Position numbers and translations under genes: made by a program. From Candidatus Aegiribacteria sp. (GTDB lineage Bacteria > Fermentibacterota > Fermentibacteria > Fermentibacterales > JCC-6), in assembly GCA_023138735.1 (NCBI GenBank), contig JAGLOY010000011.1:40-64039 (forward strand): DNA of 64,000 nt, in the 5' to 3' direction. The notes under the pieces were generated by a model. It made no database searches. It saw only the letters and a list, made by a program, of their open reading frames with translations, and was not told the origin of the DNA. Positions 18,618 through 27,178 of this stretch are shown here, piece by piece. Positions within the stretch are counted from its first letter, which is position 1; each line of letters opens with the position of its first letter.

Positions 18618-19195
18618 AATCCGTAACCAATGTTATCATCTGCGGAACCGGGGGACAGGGAATACTCCTTGCCAGCGAAGTCCTGTGTGCGGCTGCTCTT
18701 CACTCGGGGTATGATGTAAAAAAGAGCGAAGTCCACGGAATGTCTCAGCGAGGCGGAAGCGTTTCCAGCCATGTCCGTTTTGGAGAGAAGATTTACAGTC
18801 CTCTTGTGGAAAAAGGGTGTGCGGATCTTATCCTTGCGATGGAGAAGATGGAGAGCCTCAGATGGTCCAGCTACCTCGCTCCCCATGGTAAACTTGTGGC
18901 CTGCGACCTAGCTATTACTCCCATGACGGTTAATACAGGTCATGCTGAATATCCTGATGTTAATGCGATAATAGAAAGAGAGAATCTTCCTGTAACCCTC
19001 ATTCCCGCTGTTGAGATCGCCGGGGAACTCGGCAACCTCAGGGTTGTGAACGTTGTTCTGATCGGAGCGGTTTCAAGCCACCTGCCTATAGATGAGGATC
19101 ACTGGAAGAAAGCGATAGAGGAACGAGTGCCTCCGAAGGCACTGGAAGTGAACCTCGAGGCATTCCGGAAGGGACGTGAACTCTTCGGGAATTAA
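18614..19195 (+). CDS. iorB: Indolepyruvate:ferredoxin oxidoreductase beta subunit
   Basis: The 193-aa ORF has a gamma-domain-like GTGGQGILLASEVL motif. It overlaps iorA by 4 nt. Confidence 0.88.
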   Translation: MKSVTNVIICGTGGQGILLASEVLCAAALHSGYDVKKSEVHGMSQRGGSVSSHVRFGEKIYSPLVEKGCADLILAMEKMESLRWSSYLAPHGKLVACDLAITPMTVNTGHAEYPDVNAIIERENLPVTLIPAVEIAGELGNLRVVNVVLIGAVSSHLPIDEDHWKKAIEERVPPKALEVNLEAFRKGRELFGN

Positions 19196-19271
19196 CCTAG
19201 ATAATCAGTATTCTTCAGCCAATCAGAACGCGTCTTACCAGAGATTGTCCCAAATTCAAAGGAGTAGTTCA

Positions 19272-19793
19272 ATGAAAGCAGGAAAACCTTACGCTATGTG
19301 TCTATTCATGATAGTGTTCATGGTCGGAGTATTGCAGGGTGCTACACTGCCCTGCAACGAAGAGCTCGCATCACATGAGGGTTTGTATGCGGCCGATCCA
19401 ATGGTAAAAATATGCGCACTCCCCATTGACGGAGATGTGGACGAAGTTCTGGCGGGAATCAGCGCAGATGTCTCCAGAGATACCGGTATCGAAGAACAGT
19501 ACATTACTTATTACTGGGTGCCTATGACCAACGTCATCTGCATGGGCGAGAAGACAACAGATTATCCAATTCTTGTCGATCTTTATGTACCTGGTTTTTT
19601 TACGAATGAACTGATTGCCTCCATGATGACGTGCCTCGCTGCAGCAATTGAAGAACACGTTGGTATTGACAGGGAATGGGTATACATACAAGCACATTTT
19701 CCTAACCAGGGCCAGGTCTACATATCCGGGGAAGTGCAGACCTGGGATGATTACAAGGGTCCGGAAAACGCTGCCGAGTACTCCAACGAGTAG
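19272..19793 (+). CDS. Secreted hypothetical protein; possible tautomerase-fold (beta-alpha-beta) repeats
   Basis: The start is taken at the ATG after AAAGGAG, giving a signal-peptide-like N-terminus (MKAGKPYAMCLFMIVFMVGVLQG). The segment ILVDLYVPGFFTNELIASMMTCLAAAIEEHVGIDREWVYIQAHF resembles a 4-OT/MIF-type unit. No catalytic Pro-1 is seen. Confidence 0.5.
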   Translation: MKAGKPYAMCLFMIVFMVGVLQGATLPCNEELASHEGLYAADPMVKICALPIDGDVDEVLAGISADVSRDTGIEEQYITYYWVPMTNVICMGEKTTDYPILVDLYVPGFFTNELIASMMTCLAAAIEEHVGIDREWVYIQAHFPNQGQVYISGEVQTWDDYKGPENAAEYSNE

Positions 19794-19896
19794 TAATAAC
19801 TGGTTACCAACCAGATCCCGAGTTTAAGAACTGTGTAGATTTAATAGATATATTCTGTTTTCGGAAGGATCACCCCGTGATGGGAGTGGAGGCTGG

Positions 19897-20373
19897 ATGA
19901 ACGTAAGGTATGACACTTACTGTGGACTTAACTGCAGCGCCTGTCCCGTGGGTATGGCTAACCAGCAGGAAGATGAAAAACTAATCCGGGAGATGGCCAA
20001 CGACTGGGATCGGAATCCCGAAGACCTCAGGTGCGACGGGTGCAAAACGAGCGTTAACGCCTCCTTCTGCACAGACTGCCAGATTCGACGCTGTGCCCGG
20101 AAGAGGGGAGTGGAGTTCTGCATCGAATGCGAGATCTTCCCCTGTGAGATCATTACCCAGTTCCGCAATGATGATGCATCACACCACTCTGTGATTTTTC
20201 GAAACCTTGAACTTATAAGAAAACTAGGTGTGAAAACGTGGCTGGACACCGAGGAAAAGCGGTGGTCCTGCAAGGAGTGCGGCAGTCGATTCAACTGGTA
20301 TACTGAGACTTGTGATGATTGCGGTACTTCGCTTTACAATGCTGTTTCTGAGGAGAAGCACCTGGAGGTCTGA
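19897..20373 (+). CDS. Cys-rich DUF3795-like protein
   Basis: It opens with YCGLNCSACP and carries further CxxC pairs (CDGCK, CTDC, CIECEIFPC, CKECG, CDDCG). Confidence 0.7.
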   Translation: MNVRYDTYCGLNCSACPVGMANQQEDEKLIREMANDWDRNPEDLRCDGCKTSVNASFCTDCQIRRCARKRGVEFCIECEIFPCEIITQFRNDDASHHSVIFRNLELIRKLGVKTWLDTEEKRWSCKECGSRFNWYTETCDDCGTSLYNAVSEEKHLEV

Positions 20374-20807
20374 TGAGATTCATTATTACCATTGGCGTTT
20401 GCCTTGTTTCTGCTGCCGGAGCTGTCGATAACGGCTTCCCTGATGATCCGGCAGGAGTGGAGATAATCGACAGAGCATATTACAGAGACCCTTATGTCCA
20501 GGACGGAGTGCATCATTACTTCAGGCTTTTCAACGACGGGGATCAGGGCACTGTTGAACTGTTCAGCGGCACCTCAAACGGTCAGGAATATATCTGGGAT
20601 TGCGTATACACCTGGCAACCTAAATTATATACTGATAAGCCTTTCGCATTTCTTCCCGTATGTGTTATCAGCCTTCAGCCCGGAAACAGCAGTCTACTGG
20701 TCACCTGGATACAGAGACTGTTTACAGAATCTCATGAAGGCATAGGTTCTCTGTACCTGGAATACAATCTTGAAAGCGGCGTTATAGACGAATTCTGGAT
20801 AGATTGA
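20373..20807 (+). CDS. Secreted hypothetical protein
   Basis: The 144-aa ORF has a signal-like N-terminus (MRFIITIGVCLVSAAGA). Its start overlaps the previous stop (TGATG). Confidence 0.55.
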   Translation: MRFIITIGVCLVSAAGAVDNGFPDDPAGVEIIDRAYYRDPYVQDGVHHYFRLFNDGDQGTVELFSGTSNGQEYIWDCVYTWQPKLYTDKPFAFLPVCVISLQPGNSSLLVTWIQRLFTESHEGIGSLYLEYNLESGVIDEFWID

Positions 20808-20836
20808 ATACTCCTGATAAGCGATCTCAATAATCA

Positions 20837-22282
20837 TTAGAATATAATCCTGTCCACAGGGATGCTGTAACGGGTCATTATCTCTTTCTCTGCAGCGATA
20901 GCTTCCTCCCTGTTCAGGACGATGACGTTACCAAGACCTGTGGTCAGCTCGAGAAATTTGCCTGTACCACTGTCAATCACTTCAACAAATTGTGAGAAGC
21001 TTCTAACAGATGTGCCATCCACCTTATCGACTATTTCGCAGTTAATGCCTTCGTACCCGGTGTTGACTTCAGCGGGGAGCATGAAGGAGAGGATGACTAT
21101 ATCCTCCCGGTCTTCAGTCTGCCAGTTGTCGAACAGGAAGGGGTAGCTCAGGTAATCAACGGTATTCAGGTGCCAGTCTCTGCCCCATTCTTCAAGATAG
21201 TTGAGCGTGAGAGGCAGAAAGACCACTCCTCCGAAGATGAAGTACTCGGGCGGAAGGTCGTATATCTTGTCGGAGACCAGTATAAGATCGCCAAGCGTGC
21301 TGTTGAGAGTTATTTCGACCGTCTCCGAGAGACCATTCCTGACTATCTGGAGGGGAATGGTCTCACCTATCTGGCGTCGGTTCACCATATAATTCAGAGA
21401 GGTACGACTGCCGGACCTGAACTCAACTGTGCCGTCCCCAGCGATGGGTCTCCCGTCTATCATCAATACTATATCACCCTGCTGCAGCACCCCCGCTGCC
21501 GGGGAGCCAAAAGCCGTTTGTGTAACAATCACGCCGGCCTGTTCTTCTACAATGCCGTATCTTTCCGAAAAAGCCGGGTTACGAATGGTCTGGTAGCTGA
21601 ACCCGGCGGATGGAAATCCGTCGTAGCTCCCGTCCTCAATGTCCTCAAAAAAGTGCTCGATCACTGGAACAGGTATCACATATCCTATGTTGTCTGCCTG
21701 TGTATTTGTTTGCATCGCAACGCCGACAATCCTGTTGTCAATGATAGCTGGTCCACCGCTGTTCCCCGGATTAATCGCGGCGTCAATCTGTACCGTCAGG
21801 AGAGAGAGGCCGCTGTGAACGTAGCGGTAACTCTCGATCCTGGAAATAACTCCCTGGGTTGTACTGAGGGCATCTCCGCCCATGGGGTAGCCATAGACCG
21901 TTACCTGCTCTCTGGGGAAGGGAAGTTCTCCCAGCTCCAGAGGATCTATGCCCTGGAAGAAAGATTCGTCATTCACCGTTATCAGCGCCAGGTCGGCTTC
22001 ATGAGACAGAGCAACCACAAATGCCTGATACTTCCTTGGATCACCTTCTTTCCGAACCTGAAGATAGGTTTCGTTACTTACAACATGAGCGTTGGTAAGA
22101 ATCATGTTCCCTTCGATCACGCAGCCGGAGCCATAGCTTTCCGTGAGAGCATCGGTACTCCATGGGATGTAATAGTCGTAAGTAATGCTGTTTGTGTAAA
22201 TCTTAACCATCGCCTGATCTATATCTGTGGCCAGGCCGACAGCTGTGATAAGAAGAGCGGAAAGTATTGCCCAGAGTTTCAT
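20837..22282 (-). CDS. Secreted trypsin-like serine protease (S1C/DegP-like) with PDZ-like region
   Basis: The catalytic triad context is TNAHVV, DLALI and GNSGGPA. The start is taken at M17 of the tracked ORF, giving the signal peptide MKLWAILSALLITAVGLA. Confidence 0.88.
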   Translation of the reverse strand: MKLWAILSALLITAVGLATDIDQAMVKIYTNSITYDYYIPWSTDALTESYGSGCVIEGNMILTNAHVVSNETYLQVRKEGDPRKYQAFVVALSHEADLALITVNDESFFQGIDPLELGELPFPREQVTVYGYPMGGDALSTTQGVISRIESYRYVHSGLSLLTVQIDAAINPGNSGGPAIIDNRIVGVAMQTNTQADNIGYVIPVPVIEHFFEDIEDGSYDGFPSAGFSYQTIRNPAFSERYGIVEEQAGVIVTQTAFGSPAAGVLQQGDIVLMIDGRPIAGDGTVEFRSGSRTSLNYMVNRRQIGETIPLQIVRNGLSETVEITLNSTLGDLILVSDKIYDLPPEYFIFGGVVFLPLTLNYLEEWGRDWHLNTVDYLSYPFLFDNWQTEDREDIVILSFMLPAEVNTGYEGINCEIVDKVDGTSVRSFSQFVEVIDSGTGKFLELTTGLGNVIVLNREEAIAAEKEIMTRYSIPVDRIIF

Positions 22283-22478
22283 TGTAATCCTTACATCAGA
22301 GTTTTCATGGATGCGCTCGGTAATAGACATATTCTAACAAATGGTTGTTGTCTCCACCATTTTCATACGGATTATTTCTGATTCGGAATATAGGTTTCTT
22401 CAGTTGACAATTGTGCAGTAATAGTATAAGTATATAAAGTTGAAATAATTCAACGTGTAACAGGACGGGGAATAATAA

Positions 22479-23315
22479 ATGAAATACTTTATTCTGGTTC
22501 TGGTCTTAGCCGCTCTTACTTTTGCGGACGATGATGGATGCACCGAGATCGGTTCCGGTCCCGGCTCCACTTTGCCGGGTAGTGATGATATAACTCTGGT
22601 CCTGGTCAACGACTGGGTACTTGCCGAAAAAGCCCTTGGTCTTGATATTTTCGACGGTGTGTATATCCTTGGTGCGGACAATAATCTGGATATAGTTCAA
22701 GCGTACGACGCCGCCACTTGCGCACCCCTCGGCTCACTTCCTCTGGACGGAGGTAACGGATCTTGTTTCGGTGTGGCCTGGAACAACGATGCCACAAACG
22801 ATACCTACTATACAGACGACTGGCAAAGCAGTAACCTTTTCTTTACCGATGATTTCGGTTCAACCTGGTCAACGTATCCCAGCCCGGCTGGAACAAACGC
22901 AAGAGGTATGGATTTTGACGGAACTGATTACTGGACAACCAACGGTGACGGTGGAGGCCTGTGGCGCTTCCAGCCCGGTGTAGGAGAACAAAACATCGCC
23001 ATTCCCGAGATTCCCACACAGCCCAGCGGAGTTACTGTGTTCCCTAACGGAAGCAACGTCGGTGTAGCTGTAACCGCCTACGGTACGCTTAACATCTACT
23101 TCTACGATTGGAACGGCTCTACATTGTCCTTTATCGGATCAGCTCCTTGCCCTGCTTCCGGTGTTTCCAGCTCATACGGTCTTGCCTACTCCGAAGGTAA
23201 CGGTAACATTTTCTGGAGTTACAATGATGGCTCAAGTTACCATATCGCTGAGTTCTCCTTCGATCTTGTATCGCTCGAACAGTCAAGCTGGGGAGCAATC
23301 AAGACCAGTTTCTAA
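22479..23315 (+). CDS. Secreted hypothetical protein (repeat / beta-propeller-like)
   Basis: It has the signal peptide MKYFILVLVLAALTFA and Gly/Asp/Trp/Tyr-rich repeats. A terminator follows. TTGACA lies at 22404-22409 upstream. Confidence 0.65.
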   Translation: MKYFILVLVLAALTFADDDGCTEIGSGPGSTLPGSDDITLVLVNDWVLAEKALGLDIFDGVYILGADNNLDIVQAYDAATCAPLGSLPLDGGNGSCFGVAWNNDATNDTYYTDDWQSSNLFFTDDFGSTWSTYPSPAGTNARGMDFDGTDYWTTNGDGGGLWRFQPGVGEQNIAIPEIPTQPSGVTVFPNGSNVGVAVTAYGTLNIYFYDWNGSTLSFIGSAPCPASGVSSSYGLAYSEGNGNIFWSYNDGSSYHIAEFSFDLVSLEQSSWGAIKTSF

Positions 23316-23338
23316 ATCGGAATGATATTATCTGCAGA

Positions 23339-23374
23339 GAGGGAGGAGCAGTGCTCCTCCCTCCTTTGTGTTTT
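23339..23374. terminator. Intrinsic terminator between convergent genes
   Basis: An 11-bp perfect stem pairs GAGGGAGGAGC (23339-23349) with GCTCCTCCCTC (23353-23363) around a 3-nt loop. A T-rich tail follows (ctttgtgtttt). Confidence 0.75.
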
Positions 23375-23399
23375 CGCTTGAAAAAATCACTTCATTTGT

Positions 23400-25283
23400 T
23401 CAGTCCAGCACTACGAATTTTCCCGTTTCCACCTTGTCTCCCGCCTGAAACCTCAGGAAATAGACCCCTCCGGGAATGTGGCTGCTACCTATGGTGCAGG
23501 AATGATTTCCCGCAGGCATTTCCGAATCAAGCACATCTTCTACAAGTCTGCCGTAAATATCGTAGACGGTAAGATGAACATGGCATGTAGCCTGCAGCGT
23601 GAATTCTATCGATGATTGTGTTCTGAACGGGTTGGGGAAGACCGTGATATTCGTAGATACTGCAGGGGTCCCGGCTTCAATTCCGAGGCCCTCTCCCCAG
23701 ATGCTATCTCTGTAGTAAGCGTCCAGCAGGAGATCAGCGTTCATCCTGAGTCCATCAAGACCCAGCCCGGCAACCCAGCCTCCTACAACATGAAGAGAAT
23801 CACCATCGGCCAGCTCGACCGGGCCGAAGCAGATGAGGAACCTGTAATCGAAGACAGGATTGTTCAATGACAGTGGCATATCATATACGAACGGGAACGG
23901 ACCCGGGTTATCAGGAACTGTGACTTCCGGTGCATTCGGGTTGCCGACCCAGTCAAGCATGTAGGCCGGTCCACTGTGGAGCCCGTTCAGATCAGGATTC
24001 TTCCCCCACATGTAATCGTACTTCTCCGGATCTGTACCCGGATCGCTTTCCCAGTTCCACCACAGGTGACTGATTGGAATTGGATAGCCGTATACATCTA
24101 TCGGTCTTTCGATGGATTGGTCAGCTTTTACAATCCAGAAATCGAGAAGTCTCCAGCCGAGAAACCCGTTACAGGCAGGGCTCACGAGCGGATCACCCGA
24201 ATCATCCAATGAACTTGAGGGGCTATCGCCATCCCACATGTAACTGAGGTTCCTTGGAACTACAAGGTATGTAGTGTCGCCTACTGTATGGCTGTAATGC
24301 CAGTATGGCATGCCATCAGAAAACAGGGTCACACCGGATTCGGGGTCCTGCCTGTACAGTGTATCGGTACCGACTACCTTCGCCAGGACCGTGAAATGGT
24401 CGCTTACGCCATTCTGGTCCACATCGTTATCCGGAATCCCGTCTGCTCCGGGGTAGTTGTAGTGGTACCAGATATTCTCGGGATCACCTGGTGGAAGCGA
24501 ATTATCAGGATTCTGCTGGTACGTGTAATCATCCTGAGTACTCGCATTGACCGGTCCATCGAAAGCGTACTCGAACGTCGCATCGGGATCGTTGCACCAG
24601 ATAGCGTGTCCATCGTAGTAAACAAGATCATCCAGATTGCATTCCGTGACATCAGCGGTAGCAACGTCGCAGTCTCCCCTGATCCCTGCGACGAACGCGT
24701 CAAGCGGGACACCCGGGCTGCCCTGGTCACTCCAATGCGTGAAGATCATCTCCATGGCCATGAAGTTATCGTATCCTGCTATATCCCATGTGTAGTTCTC
24801 CACCCAGACTCCAAGTCCGTAGGGAGTATCATGATCCGGATCCCAGTCATCCATCCCGTACTGGGTCTGCTCGGGGGCCACGGACCCAGGCAACAGATAT
24901 TCCATTGGATACCCATCGCTCGGTTGGAGCTCCCAACCCCCGTAATCGCAGCAGACCGCCCACTTATCCGTTGAATCTGCAGCAGTGATGTTCCCATAGC
25001 AGCAGGTCCAAAGGTCTCCACAAAAGAGATAACTGCTGCCCAAACCAATCGGCCACTCCATGGATGCGTAATTGGCCCATGGGTCTCCCCACAGCCCTAT
25101 ATTCGTAACCGATGAGCTGATGTTGCCGATGGCGTGTACTTCAGTGACTTCAGGGGGGCGTACGTCTGTACCCGGTGATAAGGGTTGAGGCAACAGCTGC
25201 AATTCCCCGGCAGCAGCGTTTGAGAATAAGGCCAAAAAAATACATGTACTGATGAATACCGATGATTTGGTTTTCTTTATCAT
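23400..25283 (-). CDS. Secreted protein with T9SS-type C-terminal sorting domain, unknown function
   Basis: The start is taken at M13 (MIKKTKSSVFISTCIFLALFSNAAAG) after GGAG. The last ~80 aa read ITVFPNPFRTQSSIEFTL...GGVYFLRFQAGDKVETGKFVVLD, matching the Por/T9SS CTD pattern. The body is rich in Trp, Asp, Tyr and Pro. Confidence 0.75.
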   Translation of the reverse strand: MIKKTKSSVFISTCIFLALFSNAAAGELQLLPQPLSPGTDVRPPEVTEVHAIGNISSSVTNIGLWGDPWANYASMEWPIGLGSSYLFCGDLWTCCYGNITAADSTDKWAVCCDYGGWELQPSDGYPMEYLLPGSVAPEQTQYGMDDWDPDHDTPYGLGVWVENYTWDIAGYDNFMAMEMIFTHWSDQGSPGVPLDAFVAGIRGDCDVATADVTECNLDDLVYYDGHAIWCNDPDATFEYAFDGPVNASTQDDYTYQQNPDNSLPPGDPENIWYHYNYPGADGIPDNDVDQNGVSDHFTVLAKVVGTDTLYRQDPESGVTLFSDGMPYWHYSHTVGDTTYLVVPRNLSYMWDGDSPSSSLDDSGDPLVSPACNGFLGWRLLDFWIVKADQSIERPIDVYGYPIPISHLWWNWESDPGTDPEKYDYMWGKNPDLNGLHSGPAYMLDWVGNPNAPEVTVPDNPGPFPFVYDMPLSLNNPVFDYRFLICFGPVELADGDSLHVVGGWVAGLGLDGLRMNADLLLDAYYRDSIWGEGLGIEAGTPAVSTNITVFPNPFRTQSSIEFTLQATCHVHLTVYDIYGRLVEDVLDSEMPAGNHSCTIGSSHIPGGVYFLRFQAGDKVETGKFVVLD

Positions 25284-25559
25284 TTTATTTTCTCCAAGGA
25301 ATGCGACCACAGCTACCAAATACTACCCATTATTCCCCTAGAAAATGATAGTAACGCAATATGACAAAGTCAAGCAGTCATGTTTAGTATATATTCCTAT
25401 TAATCAAGTAGATAAATAGATCAAAATAATCGATTGTTCTCGAAACGATTGCAGATATCCGGAAAGCTTCTGAGAAAACAATTCCCGGCTTGACAGCAAC
25501 AGCAATGGAGACAATGTTTTAATATGTGAAGGTATGATTTACGGAAGAAAGGAGATAAA

Positions 25560-26579
25560 ATGAAGTTTATTCTGTTACTGGCACTGGTTCCCGCTGCATT
25601 TGGGGCCGGTGTTGTCCTTACCATCGATGCTCCGGATACAGGGATATCCGGGCTGGCATTCGGATCGGGCAGCCTGTGGGCAGTCGATGGTACTACCAGC
25701 TATGTATATGAGCTGGATCCATCCAACGGTGCCGTCCAGAGTTCCTTTTTCTTCCCTTACGGTACTCCCGCCGGATTGGCCTTCAGCGGAAGCGACCTCC
25801 ACATACTTCGAGTCGATGCGGGTACCTACTACGGCTACGTTTACAGATACTCCACCGCAGGAGCCCTGCAGGGTAACTACGACTCCACCTGTTGAGGAAG
25901 CGCACTATACCAGTCGGTGACTGGTATCGCTTCCAACGGTACTTACACTTACGTTCTCGGAGATGGTACTACCGGAGATCCTCTGGTAGAGTACTTCAAC
26001 AGTGCAGGTGCTGTGCAGACAAATCCATATATGGATGACCTTCCGGCGTTATCCACCCATTACGATATCGGTTACGAGGGCGGTAACAGTTCAGGTGATA
26101 TCTGGGTGGCATCTGATGCCGCCGACAGCCCCATCAAGGCTTATAACTCCAGCAGCCTGCTGGTGAACTACGTTCCGGAGACTGATCTCCCCGCAGGTAC
26201 CGAATGCAGGGGTCTTTGTCTCGATGCGGAAGGTTACCTCTGGGTCAGCGATGATAATGCCGATAAGATCTTCAAGCTCGACATCACAACCGGAATTGAA
26301 GGGGGTGTAGTTCCTCAGGAACAGCCTGGTCTTACAGTTTCCACCAATCCCTTCTCAGGCTCGGTCAATATTTCGGTGACCGGCGCTTCAGGGCCGGTTG
26401 ATATGGCAATCTATGATCTATCAGGCCGAACCATCCTCAGAGCGGAGTTGGCGATGGGCAGTTCCTTCACATGGGACGGAAGAACAACATCTGGTGAAAC
26501 TGCTCCTACCGGCACTTACCTGATTCATACCACAAGCCAGACGGGTCACATGATGAGAGCGCTGGTTACAAAACTCTAA
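25560..26579 (+). CDS. Secreted NHL/beta-propeller-like protein with T9SS-type CTD, interrupted by one in-frame TGA (codon 112): candidate selenoprotein, recoding site or pseudogene
   Basis: ORFs 25560..25895 and 25917..26579 are in the same frame and are separated only by the TGA at 25893-25895. The signal peptide (MKFILLLALVPAAFGAG) exists only on the first part. The T9SS CTD (LTVSTNPFSGSVNISV...TGTYLIHT) exists only on the second. Propeller-like blades (GLAF..LW..D / GLCLDAEGYLWVSDDNADKIFKLD) occur on both sides. Confidence 0.6.
25896..25934 (+). other. SECIS-like two-tier RNA hairpin immediately 3' of the in-frame UGA
   Basis: The lower stem pairs GGAAGCG (25896-25902) with CGCTTCC (25928-25934). 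A 5' bulge CACT follows. The upper stem pairs ATACCAGT (25907-25914) with ACTGGTAT (25920-25927), and the loop is CGGUG. All 15 base pairs are Watson-Crick. The upper stem begins 11 nt after the UGA. Confidence 0.55.
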
Positions 26580-26603
26580 ACCGAATCAGCGGGTATTACA
26601 TTG

Positions 26604-26634
26604 AATTGGGCCGGACTGAATGTCCGGCCCAATT
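26604..26634. terminator. Bidirectional intrinsic terminator
   Basis: A 13-bp stem pairs AATTGGGCCGGAC (26604-26616) with GTCCGGCCCAATT (26622-26634), followed by cctttt. It lies between convergent genes. Confidence 0.75.
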
Positions 26635-26661
26635 CCTTTTCAATGCGGATACTAACTGATC

Positions 26662-27132
26662 TTAATCCAGTTCGACTCCAATAACTCTCCTTGCACAGGA
26701 ATACCTTCGGGAGTAGTTCGAATGGCTCAGGGGAGTTATCACCACACCACGGTCAAGGTATGATGAACAGTGAATGAAATCCCCATCCCCCAGGTAAATG
26801 CCCGTGTGCTTCGGGTTGTTGAATATCAGCAGGTCTCCAGGCTGAAGGTCTTCCCGGTCAACCGCTATTCCCAGCGATTCAACAGCACTTACGGTTCGCG
26901 GCAGCGGAATACCGTTATCGTTGTACACCCTCCACGCCAGGCCGCTGCAGTCAAAGCCGCTACTGTCAGTGCCGCCGTATACGTAGGGTACTCCAAGATA
27001 AGAAACAGCATCTCTGAGAATACTCTCGACAACGGCAGATAAACTATCGTCCGGGCAGGGAGTGTCTCCCTCTTCACCCAGAACGGGCCATGTCAGGAGA
27101 AATGTGCATAACAGAATTAATGGCAGTCGCAT
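26662..27132 (-). CDS. NlpC/P60 (C40) peptidoglycan endopeptidase
   Basis: It has a signal peptide, the catalytic Cys context GFDCSGLAWRVY and the His context HTGIYLGDGDFIH. Confidence 0.88.
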   Translation of the reverse strand: MRLPLILLCTFLLTWPVLGEEGDTPCPDDSLSAVVESILRDAVSYLGVPYVYGGTDSSGFDCSGLAWRVYNDNGIPLPRTVSAVESLGIAVDREDLQPGDLLIFNNPKHTGIYLGDGDFIHCSSYLDRGVVITPLSHSNYSRRYSCARRVIGVELD

Positions 27133-27178
27133 GTTTCTTCTTTCTTAATTACAGACCTGCCCCCAAATACTAGGAATG

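Noticed and set aside
21170-22381. A long 403-aa ORF antisense to the serine protease gene. Similar antisense ORFs occur at 4699-5616, 14835-15605, 24288-24974, 35111-35734, 35878-36501 and 10004-12817 internal plus-strand ORFs.
   Set aside because: Each is a shadow ORF on the opposite strand of a gene with unmistakable conserved motifs. Their translations are low-complexity and Arg/Ser/Pro-rich, and they have no start context. They are not reported as genes.
25893-25895. The in-frame TGA might indicate an alternative genetic code (TGA read as Trp or Gly, codes 4/25).
   Set aside because: TGA clearly terminates well-conserved genes in the same window at their expected ends: rpmH (2082-2084), rnpA, mnmE (the CVGK C-terminus), mnmG and rsmG. 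A genome-wide reassignment is therefore excluded. A local recoding event, selenocysteine insertion or a nonsense mutation remains possible.
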